Below, in pieces: positions 47,998 to 57,100 of a stretch of 64,000 nucleotides of DNA. The notes beneath the pieces were generated by a model. The model was given only the letters and a program-made list of their open reading frames with translations. It searched no databases and was not told where the DNA came from. Made by a program: the position numbers and the translations under genes. The stretch is taken from positions 1 to 64,000 of the forward strand of contig CAXXET010000004.1 of NCBI GenBank assembly GCA_963666115.2, in the 5' to 3' direction. This stretch comes from Dehalococcoidia bacterium. GTDB lineage: Bacteria; Chloroflexota; Dehalococcoidia; UBA6926. Positions within the stretch are counted from its first letter, which is position 1, and every line of letters begins with the position of its first letter.

Positions 47998-49331
47998 TCA
48001 CCCCCGCCCTGCTGAGTTGGACCTGGCTCAGCCTGCTCCTTCTCGTCGCCGGGCTCTTCTTGGGCAACGTCATTCTCCTTGCCGCTGCCGTGTTCCTCTT
48101 TGTCGCCGTTCTCACGGCGGGCGGCGTCCGCCCTCCCGGTGACGTTGTCATCGAGCGCGGCCTCCCGCGCGTCATCTGCTGGGTCGGCGATTCCCTGGTC
48201 GTCCAACGCCGCCTGACCGCGAAGGGAGGGCTGGGAGCAATCCGCGTCGTTGACCCCCTGCCGCCAGAGGCGACCGTCATCGACGGCAACAATTTCCACG
48301 TCGTCTGGAAATGGCCGGGCGAGACAACGGTCGATCTCTCCTACACCATCGCCTTTGCAAAGCGCGGCGAATACGCGCTGCCCGAGACCGTCTGGGAGTC
48401 CCAGGCGCCCCTCGGAGCGGGACGCGGCGAAAGCGGCCGGGCAGGCCCCGAACTGGGCCTCCTCGTTGCCCCGCGAACGTCGGACATCAGCCGCCTCAAT
48501 TCCGTCCGCGCCCTCACGCGCAGCACGATGCTGCAAGACGACATCTCCCAAATACGGTCGTCCGGCGAGGAGTTCCGCGAACTCCGGCCATACCAGCCCG
48601 GCGACCCCATCAAGAGCATCAACTGGAAGGCGACGGCGCGCACTGGCGAGGCCGCCGACGTGCCGCTGGTGAACGAGTTGGAGCCCGAGGGGCGCAAGGC
48701 CGTGTGGATATTCCTGGACATGGCCTCCTACATGGACGTCGGCACCGCCGTCTCCAGTCCCGTTGAAAACACCATCGAGGCCGCCGGCACGCTGGCGCAG
48801 TTCTACGTCTCGCAGGGCTCCACGCTCGGCGCATACGCCTACAACTCCCTGGGCGGCGGGGAACTCCTCTCGCCGGACTCCGGCCAAAAGCAGTTTCGCA
48901 GGCTTACCCGCATGTTCGCCGGCCTCACCCCCGGCCCGCCCGAACAAGACCTGCTCCGCTCCGTTGAATGGTGCAAGTCCTTCCTCTTCAGGCTCCGCCC
49001 GCAGGTGTTCATCATCACCCGCCTCGATGCCCACTACCCCCGCCCCGGCGACGATACCGATCAGCTCGACCGGCTCACGACCGCCGTGACCCGCCTGACC
49101 GCGCTGCGCGCCCGCTCGCGCCGCGGGGGCCGCGTCCGGGTGATCCACGTTCATCCCCCTGCCGAACAGCAGGTTGGCGAGTCACCCGTGGAAACGGTGG
49201 ACATGGCGCGCTGGGAGACTCGCGCGACCATGACCGCGCTGCAACAGGCGGGCGCCGCCGTGATGGACTGGGACCCCTCCGGCGAGCGATTCATCACGAC
49301 GCTCGTGCGGCACATGGACAGGTACCAGTGA
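47994..49331 (+). CDS. DUF58 (vWA-like) domain protein
   Basis: EFRELRPYQPGDPIKSINWKATAR, L VNELE.E and IFLD.ASYM; N-terminal TMs; coupled to moxR. Confidence 0.92.
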   Translation: MITPALLSWTWLSLLLLVAGLFLGNVILLAAAVFLFVAVLTAGGVRPPGDVVIERGLPRVICWVGDSLVVQRRLTAKGGLGAIRVVDPLPPEATVIDGNNFHVVWKWPGETTVDLSYTIAFAKRGEYALPETVWESQAPLGAGRGESGRAGPELGLLVAPRTSDISRLNSVRALTRSTMLQDDISQIRSSGEEFRELRPYQPGDPIKSINWKATARTGEAADVPLVNELEPEGRKAVWIFLDMASYMDVGTAVSSPVENTIEAAGTLAQFYVSQGSTLGAYAYNSLGGGELLSPDSGQKQFRRLTRMFAGLTPGPPEQDLLRSVEWCKSFLFRLRPQVFIITRLDAHYPRPGDDTDQLDRLTTAVTRLTALRARSRRGGRVRVIHVHPPAEQQVGESPVETVDMARWETRATMTALQQAGAAVMDWDPSGERFITTLVRHMDRYQ

Positions 49332-50080
49332 TATACATCCCGTCTTCCCTCACCGGGCGGCTGGCCTGCGCAGAGGTCGGCCTGGTGGTCCTCATCGCCC
49401 AGGTTGCCTTGTGGATGGCGACCGAATCCATCCGGTTTGCCGACCCCGCCAGGACGATGTGGCCGCCGTTCCTGGTCGAACTCTCGCTGTCCGTTCTGTC
49501 ACTGCGCGCTATGTTGATCATGGCGGCAATAGTCGGAATCTACTTCGCGCTTAGGCGCTCACGCCGAAACCGGCTCGCGTTCTGGGCATTCACCGCGTTC
49601 GCTGTGGGCGCACAGATACCCGACCTGTGGGCGCACAACCGGATCGACTGGCACCGCTTCTTCGACCGCGTGGCCTACTTCTCGGAGCCGCTGCCCCTAC
49701 TGGCCTCCGCAGCCCTGTTCCTGCTCACCCTTGCCGGCCTTGTCGCCCTGCACCGCATTACTCAACTGCGAAGCCTGGCCGACGACATGGACATGCGCGG
49801 CGTGGAGGCCGCGGAGCGCAACGCGATTATCACGAACGAGGCGATCAGCATTGCCGCAACGATCTTCGTGTCTCTTGGCCTAGCGACGCTTGTCGTCATC
49901 GTCGCCATGATCGTCGGACGCGCCGAGCTTGTCTCCGGCCTGGCGGGCTGGGCGGTCGTCATCATCGGAGCCGCCGCGACGCTCTCCCTAGCCACCTTCC
50001 TCCTCTTCCTCTACCGAGGCCTAAGCGGCGGGGAAACGGTATTCCCAGACGAGGACGACGCGGGAGACGCGGAGGCCTGA
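49328..50080 (+). CDS. Hypothetical multi-pass membrane protein
   Basis: GTGA overlap with the DUF58 gene (in frame with track ORF 48968-50080); about 6 TM segments. Confidence 0.72.
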   Translation: MIYIPSSLTGRLACAEVGLVVLIAQVALWMATESIRFADPARTMWPPFLVELSLSVLSLRAMLIMAAIVGIYFALRRSRRNRLAFWAFTAFAVGAQIPDLWAHNRIDWHRFFDRVAYFSEPLPLLASAALFLLTLAGLVALHRITQLRSLADDMDMRGVEAAERNAIITNEAISIAATIFVSLGLATLVVIVAMIVGRAELVSGLAGWAVVIIGAAATLSLATFLLFLYRGLSGGETVFPDEDDAGDAEA

Positions 50081-50086
50081 TCCCCC

Positions 50087-50194
50087 CTACAGCGTTGTTC
50101 CCTCAACCACGTCCTCTACCCCGTTGCCTTTGCGCATTAGACGGCGGAGGATTGCCGCGAGAACCAGGATGATCGCGCCCACCACCGGCAGCCA
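50087..50194 (-). pseudogene. Orphan copy of the adhesin C-terminal anchor-coding sequence
   Basis: Reads WLPVVGAIILVLAAILRRLMRKGNGVEDVVEGTTL-stop. 50111-50155 matches 54146-54190 at 44/45; 50156-50194 matches 62814-62852 at 38/39. Confidence 0.85.
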
Positions 50195-50245
50195 CCGGCG
50201 GTCCGCCTCGTCCTCCACCACTTGCGGATTGCCAGATAGCGTACA

Positions 50246-53200
50246 ATGGCACACATGTCGGCGATGACTAACCCATCCCCCATCCTTGAGCGCGTCTACA
50301 CCGACCTTGACCTGGTCGGAGGGTTGCTGTTGGATGCAGCGGACTCACCCTCGGTTGATGACACGGATCGATGGCGGGAACTAGGCGACTGGCTCCTTCT
50401 AGCAGACCGGGTCCAAGCAGACAGGATATTTTTTCTGAAGGATGACCCCGTCCTGGTCTTTTCATCTCTCCCGTCGGACTCTGATGAGAACGATGTTTTC
50501 GAGTGCTATCGACGCACGTGGAGTCTCGCTAGGCCGCGTTGCCTGTTCCTAGCCATTGGCAATGAACTGCGAGTGTATTCTCTTGCTAATCCACCTGTTC
50601 CTATCGGAGACCGTGCATCTACTCCCGAACCGCTGGAAGTCATCACCCAGGCCACCGAAGTCTTGGAAAAGCTGTCTGGATTTCGCCGCGAGCGGATGGA
50701 GTCCGGGGCGGCTTTCGAAGATCCGGCATTGTCCGAGCAGTCAGGTCGCGCCGATCAACAGTTGCTTCGAGATGTACACGTGGCGACCGCTGCATTGGTC
50801 GACGCTGGTCTTGAGCCACGTGCTGCCCACTCGCTCATCGAACGAGCGATCTTGGTCAGATATCTAGAAGATCGTGAGATTCTTACAGACGAGTATTTTG
50901 ACGAAATCGCCAATCATCACCAGCAAATAATCGAACATTCTTCGCCCGTGGAGCAGATCCCGGATTTCGGAAAGCCCAGTCGATTCATTGGGTTTCTTGC
51001 CGATAAGAGCCTCACTTACGGACTGTTCGACCAACTCGCTAAGGATTTCAATGGCGACCTGTTCGTGACCAGCATTGAAGAAAAAGAGGCTGTTACCAGC
51101 AATCAACTCCAATTGCTAAGTGACCTCCTGGCAGGGAAAACGAGTGCGGTCCAACAACCGCTGTTTCTTTGGGCCTATGACTTCAGCGTTATTCCTACTG
51201 AGCTCATTTCCACTATGTATGAACTGTTCTACCGCGAAGAAGCGAGTCAAGAAAGTTCAAGCACGTACTATACGCCGGCAGCGCTAGTAGAGTTCGTATT
51301 GACTGACCTGCTCAATGAGGAGACACTCGACCGTGAACCCACCGTTTGTGACCCTGCTTGCGGGTCGGGAATTTTCCTGGTTGACGCATACCGCCGGATA
51401 GTCAGGCACGAAATGCGGCGCGAAGGGAAGCCCCTTTCCAGTGAACGACTAAGGGAGCTACTGCTGAGCCGTGTTTCAGGTTGCGACATCGATGCGGCGG
51501 CAATTCGTCTCGCGGCCTTCAGTCTTTACGTGGCTTTCTTGAGCTACCAGTCGCCTCAGGATATTCGCGAAGCTGGGCCGCTGCCCCGGCTGATATATGA
51601 CCGAAACCCGGATTCTGAGCTTGCCCCCCTGGTCGTAGGCGATGCCTTCGCTCCAAGGGAAGGGGAATATACCTCCACTGAGCAGGAGAACTCAGTTTAT
51701 GCGGAAAGGTTGCCCTGGCCAAACACCGGTTTCGATATAGTAGTCGGCAACCCGCCATGGACCGAGATTACTGAGGAAAATAGGACCCGGCCTGAGGAGT
51801 GGGCGCGACAGTTTGACCACCCAGTTGGAAACCGAAATCCCTCACAACTGTTCCTCTGGCGCTCCTTGGATCTTCTGAAGGATGGGGGCATAGCCGCTCT
51901 ACTGATCGGCGCAAAGGCGATGCTCAATACTAGAAAGACGGACCGCCAGTTTAGGGAGCAATGGCTGCAACAAGTGAGACTTGACCACGTGGTCAACTTC
52001 AGTCATGTCAGAAAGGATTTCTTTGCGAGCGGCGTTGCACCCTTCATGCTGGTCCGATTCCGTCGTCGTAAAGCGCTGTCCAATGACATGGTGGTCTACG
52101 AAACTGCTCGACGAGTAACTTCTGGAAGACGCGGCTCAGCCGCACTAGCGCGTCTTGACCGCCAAGTGGTGTCCCAGGCTTCCTTGGTATCTCGGCACTA
52201 TCTGTGGAAAACATACAGCGCGGGCTCGCTCCGGGATGATGCCTTAGTGGCGAGGCTAGAGGCCGAAGACCGCTTGAGTCGATATATCTCAGATAGCCCT
52301 CACGGCTTTGGATTTCAGCGACCACGTACAGGAGAACAGGGTCATGCTGCTCCACAAAGCATCAGTAGCCTACCCATTCTCTCAAAGTTCGATTCGTGGG
52401 GCCCACTAAGGAAGGAGTGGTTCGAATCCGCTCCCTCTCACGTCAAGTATCCTCCCAACGAGCGGCTTTTTGAGGGGCGACGGTTGCTCCTACGATGGGG
52501 CGTCTCACCCAGGTTCGGGCCACATGCGCGACTGGAAGCCGACCCTGTTGCCTTCCGGCACACAACCTATTCCATATCGTTGGATCACCTGTCTCTGTGG
52601 GAAGGCAAGGCCATCCTCGCAACGTTGCTGTCGTCGTTGGGGCGTTACTGGCTATATATGATCTCCGGCTCTTGGGGTACATGGCGAGACCAAGTCCGCA
52701 TAAGCGATGTGCTTGACCTCCCCATCAGACTTACACCGCCCACCAACGGCTTAATGGAACGGATAGAAGAGGCTGTCGACGCACTCTACTACATGACACC
52801 GCAGAGGAGGAGCAGTATTGCCTCCACAGTACCTCCGGAAATGAAGCAAATCGACGACGCCATAGCGGATATGTTCGAGCTTTCAGATGCTGAGCGCAGC
52901 CTCGTCGCGGACTTTTGGGCATCCTTAGAGCCGGAAGCGGACCTGCCAATGCCAGCCGTCGAAATGGTTTCCGGTACTGAGGCCGACCTGGATCCCAACA
53001 GCTTGGACGGGGCCTGGCCATACCTAAACGTTTTGGTGAGGACTTGGAATCGGAGATTGAGGGGCAGAGGAGAGTTCAGTTGGAGGGTATGGCGGGACGT
53101 TGATGCTGGCGTAATTGCTTTGGTCATGGAGACCGGCGACGTCGGGCAGGATTCTCGTCCCATTCCTACCCCGGAGGAAACGGAGAGTTGGTCCGCAGTG

Positions 53201-53392
53201 CTCCATCGCTTAGGGGTTCAATGGGACGTACCGCAGACACAATCAATCCTTCGATACGGTGTGGTTAGAGTCATAACTGATACTGCAATTGTAATAGTCA
53301 AGCGCGACGAGCGACATTTGTGGACGACAACGGCAGCTTGGCAAGACGCTGATGCCACAGCAGCACAAGTAATGGCGGCCAGGCGACCATGA
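50246..53392 (+). CDS. Large N6-adenine DNA methyltransferase (Type IIG/Eco57I-like architecture)
   Basis: FNGDLF, YDFS.IP.ELIS..YE, YYTP..LV, DPACGSGIFL (motif I), GNPPW (motif IV) and a C-terminal TRD-like region. Likely start 50255. GC is lower than in the flanks. Confidence 0.9.
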   Translation: MAHMSAMTNPSPILERVYTDLDLVGGLLLDAADSPSVDDTDRWRELGDWLLLADRVQADRIFFLKDDPVLVFSSLPSDSDENDVFECYRRTWSLARPRCLFLAIGNELRVYSLANPPVPIGDRASTPEPLEVITQATEVLEKLSGFRRERMESGAAFEDPALSEQSGRADQQLLRDVHVATAALVDAGLEPRAAHSLIERAILVRYLEDREILTDEYFDEIANHHQQIIEHSSPVEQIPDFGKPSRFIGFLADKSLTYGLFDQLAKDFNGDLFVTSIEEKEAVTSNQLQLLSDLLAGKTSAVQQPLFLWAYDFSVIPTELISTMYELFYREEASQESSSTYYTPAALVEFVLTDLLNEETLDREPTVCDPACGSGIFLVDAYRRIVRHEMRREGKPLSSERLRELLLSRVSGCDIDAAAIRLAAFSLYVAFLSYQSPQDIREAGPLPRLIYDRNPDSELAPLVVGDAFAPREGEYTSTEQENSVYAERLPWPNTGFDIVVGNPPWTEITEENRTRPEEWARQFDHPVGNRNPSQLFLWRSLDLLKDGGIAALLIGAKAMLNTRKTDRQFREQWLQQVRLDHVVNFSHVRKDFFASGVAPFMLVRFRRRKALSNDMVVYETARRVTSGRRGSAALARLDRQVVSQASLVSRHYLWKTYSAGSLRDDALVARLEAEDRLSRYISDSPHGFGFQRPRTGEQGHAAPQSISSLPILSKFDSWGPLRKEWFESAPSHVKYPPNERLFEGRRLLLRWGVSPRFGPHARLEADPVAFRHTTYSISLDHLSLWEGKAILATLLSSLGRYWLYMISGSWGTWRDQVRISDVLDLPIRLTPPTNGLMERIEEAVDALYYMTPQRRSSIASTVPPEMKQIDDAIADMFELSDAERSLVADFWASLEPEADLPMPAVEMVSGTEADLDPNSLDGAWPYLNVLVRTWNRRLRGRGEFSWRVWRDVDAGVIALVMETGDVGQDSRPIPTPEETESWSAVLHRLGVQWDVPQTQSILRYGVVRVITDTAIVIVKRDERHLWTTTAAWQDADATAAQVMAARRP

Positions 53393-54060
53393 ATCAGCGT
53401 CCACAGTTGTCATCTCTCGACCTATGGAGCGACCACGAACAACTGTGTAAGCAGCTGCTTCGCGATGCATTAGCGGAATTGGAAGACAGCCCCATCGACG
53501 CCGATGAGAATGACCTCAATCGCCTTCTGTATAGGGCCATAATCCGAGTGTCCCAGAGGGCATCTGAGAGTGGAGATCATGTTCCTGTCGTTGTCCCCGA
53601 AGGAAGAAACCCACCGGCCGCATCCGACAAGGAGCGTGCCGAACGTGAATTCAAGACCCCAGATTTCTATTGGGCCTATATCGACCCTCTCGCGAGTGAC
53701 CCCAATGACGCCTCCAAGCAGTTCGTGGTCGAGTGCAAGAGGCTTGCCAAACCGATCTCTCGATACGCCAGAGAATACGTTAAGTCTGGAATCGCCCGGT
53801 TCATCAACATCGGCCACGGATATGGGAAGGGGGTGAGGAGCGGTGCCATGGTCGGGTATCTTCAAGAGGTCTTTCTGGATGAAGCATTGATGGGCGTGAA
53901 TCGTCAAGCTGCCGAAGACGCTATTCCCGATTTGCTTGCCTTACGGAGAGACGGCGAAAGTAGCGCGGAACTTGTTCACCAGGTCACTCGGCAATTTACC
54001 GTCTCCCCCTTTCAATTGACTCACGTCTGGACTCGGATTGGTCCCGAGCCGGTTCCTTGA
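53389..54060 (+). CDS. Hypothetical protein with a PD-(D/E)XK-like motif
   Basis: ENDLN, PDF...FVVECKRL, YV..GI.RF...Y and GAMVGY; ATGA overlap with the methyltransferase gene. Confidence 0.72.
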   Translation: MNQRPQLSSLDLWSDHEQLCKQLLRDALAELEDSPIDADENDLNRLLYRAIIRVSQRASESGDHVPVVVPEGRNPPAASDKERAEREFKTPDFYWAYIDPLASDPNDASKQFVVECKRLAKPISRYAREYVKSGIARFINIGHGYGKGVRSGAMVGYLQEVFLDEALMGVNRQAAEDAIPDLLALRRDGESSAELVHQVTRQFTVSPFQLTHVWTRIGPEPVP

Positions 54061-54121
54061 CTTCCCTATTGCCCAAAGTTGACACAGTTCCCAGCTTGGT
54101 CCGGCCGTGTCCCGGCTCCTC

Positions 54122-57100
54122 CTACCCGGTCGATGATTCGATAATGTCCTCTACCCCGTTGCCCTTGCGCATTAGACGGCGGAGGATTGCGGCCAAGACC
54201 AGGATGATTGCTCCCACGACCGGCAGCCAGTTGATGAGGGTGGAGACGCCGCCCTCGATGAGGCCAACTTCGGCCAGTTCCGGCGTTTCGTTCACCACGA
54301 TGGCAAACTCCGCCGTGACCGGATCGTTCACCTCGTCCGACGCCGTAATCGTCACGCGGTAGGTTCCGGGCGCGGCGTCATCGTACACCGTGCCGCTCAC
54401 CGCGCCGACGCCGTAGGTCAGCCACGCGGGCAGCCCCACCAGCCACACCGTCACCGTGTCCTCCGGGTTCGGATCGGTCACCGTGATGGCGAACGACTCG
54501 ATGGTCTGCCCCTGTAGGAACTCCTTGTCCGCAGGCGTGACGATCGTCGGAGGCGCGTTGACGGGCGGCTCCTCGACGACGTCGTCCTCATCCTCCTCAG
54601 TAGTCACGTCAGCCGCGCCGCTGCCCTCGCCCGTGTCCTCATCCTCCTGGTTCCAGTTGGACGTTCCGGCCGGCCCGCCCGATGACGACGCCGGGCGTGC
54701 CGCCGGCGGGGGCGTCGGCGACGCAGTTGGCGCAGCCGGGGATGTCGAGGAGCTTGGCGTTGGCGTCGCCGTGGTAGTGGGAGTTGGGGCAGCAGGCGTC
54801 GGCGTCGCGGGCGCGGGCGTCGGAACCGGAGTCGATGGCGCGGGCGCAGGTGTTGGAACAGGAGTCGACGGCGGCGCAGGCGTGGCTGTCGGTACGGGAG
54901 TAGCGGGCGGCGTGGGCGCGGGCGTGGCCGTCGCCGTGGGCCTCGGCGTGGGGTTTCGCGACGACACATTCCGCTTGGTGTACACCGTGACCACGTCCGA
55001 CCACTCGCCGTAGCCCTCGCCGTTGTCCGCCATCACTTCAACCTCATAGGCCGTGCCCGGCTTCAGCGGCGCGCTTGGGTTGCTGCTGGTGGGAGCCTCA
55101 TCCATCACCACCTCGGTGGCAGAGCCCGCCCAGGCGGTGACAAAGTCCGTCCCCTTCTCCCAGAACCGCACCCAGTACTCCTTCACCGGCGGCTTGCCGG
55201 TGGTGGCCGGCGCCGTCCACGTGACCGTGATAGTGCTGGTGGTGGCCGACTTGGCCTTGAGTCCCCCCGGCGCGTCCAGCGGCTCATCCACGTCCGTCAC
55301 GGTGATATTCACAAACGCCGAAGCATCGATCACCGTGTCCGCGTTGTCCCACTCATCCTTCAGATCGCTCACCTGCACCGTGACCGTGTAATTCGTCGTG
55401 CTCTCGTGGTTGAGCGACGTGTCATCGCCTACCGTGATCTGGCCCGTCGACGAGTCGATTTCGAACTTGTCCGCGTCCGTGCCGATCATGGTATACGTGA
55501 GCGTGTCGCCCTCCGTGTCCGTTGCGCTGACCGGCGCGCCGACGTTCGCCCCGGCGGCGGAGTTTTCCGCGATCTGCCGCGTCGCGCCGAAGAAGCCGAC
55601 GTCCGTGAACGCCGGCGGCGTGTTCAAATCTTCCGTCGACGCCGTCCCGCTGCCGGACCACGCCCCGTCCCCCTCGTCGTTCACCGCCCGCGCCTGCACG
55701 TCATACGAGGTTCCCGGTGAGAGGCCCGTCAGTGTCGTCGATGTGCCCGTTCCGGTGAAGCTGTGCGACGTCCAAGTGGAATCGCTGCTCTTCTTGTACT
55801 GCACGTCGTAGTCCGTGATCGCGGGCTTGCCCGTCACATCCGGCGCAGTCCAGTTCACGTCAAACTGCGTCTTGGGGTTGGCGGCGTTCCGGTCGACAGT
55901 TGGCGCGTCCGGCGCGGGCGGCGGCTCGGCCGCGTCCGTCACGCTGATCGTCACCGCGATGGTATCGTCGATCTCCGAATCCGGGGCTCCATAGGAATCC
56001 TTGCCGTCGCTGACCTGCACCGTGACCGTGTAGCTTGTCTTGCTCTCATAATCGAGCGTCGTGCCGGCGCCCACCTGTATCTGACCCGTCGATGCAACGA
56101 CGGTGAACTTGCCCGCGTCCGTTCCCGTCAGCGAATACGTCAGCGCGTCGTCCTCCGTGTCCGTGGCGCACACCACCTCGTCCACGTTCGCTCCCGCCGC
56201 GGAGTTCTCCGCGATCTCCCGCGTCACGCTGAGGCTGTTGTACTTGAACTGCGGGTTCACGTTCTTGTCCTGCGTCGTCGCCATGCCGCTGGTCGACCAC
56301 GCGCTGTCGCCCTCATCGTTCGTCGCCATGATCTGAACGTCATACGACGTTCCCTCGTCCAGCCCGGTGATCGTCGTGCTTGTGCCGGTTCCGGTGAAGG
56401 TGTGCGATGTCCACGTGGAATCGGAACTCTTCTTGTACCGCACGTCGTAGTCGCTGATCGCAGGCTTGCCTGTCATGTCCGGCGCAGCCCAGCTTACGTC
56501 CAGCTGCGTCTTTGGAGTCGTCGTGTTCTGGACGACCGTCGGCCCGTCCGGCGCGGCGGGCGGCTCCGCAACGTCCGTCACGCTGATCGTCACCGCGATG
56601 GTGTCGTCAACGGTCGTGTCATCGTTGTCGTCAGAATCCTTGCCGTCGCTTACACCGACGCTCACGCTGTAGGAACTCTTCGCCTCATAATCCAACGCCG
56701 CCTTGACCTTGATCTGGCCTGTGCTGGTGTTCAGGGAGAAGCTGGCCACGTCCACGCCTGTCAGGCTGTACGTCAGCGTGTTGTTCTCCGTGTCCGTGGC
56801 CGTCACCGCCGCGCCGATGGCGGTATTTGCCGCCGAGTTCTCCGCGATGCTCCGCGTCGTCGTGGCGCTTGGGAACGTCGCGTTGACGTTCGGGTCCTGC
56901 GTGGTCGCGGAGCCGCTGGTGGACCAACCGCTAGCGCCCTCATCGTTCTTGGCCTTCACCTGCACGTCGTAGGACGTGCCCTCGTCCAAGCCCGTCAGCC
57001 GCGTTGTCGTGGCCGTGCTGGCAAAGGTGTGGCTTGTCCACGTGTTATCGCTGCTCTTCTTGTATTGGACGTCATAGTCCGAGATGGCGGGCTTGCCCGA

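Noticed and set aside
37722-54120. Classical tRNA-integrated genomic island
   Set aside because: No integrase, and no duplicated tRNA 3' end seen by eye.
54057-54362. 101-aa ORF overlapping the nuclease-like gene stop, as a third cassette gene
   Set aside because: Most of it is antisense to the adhesin 3' end; no recognisable features.
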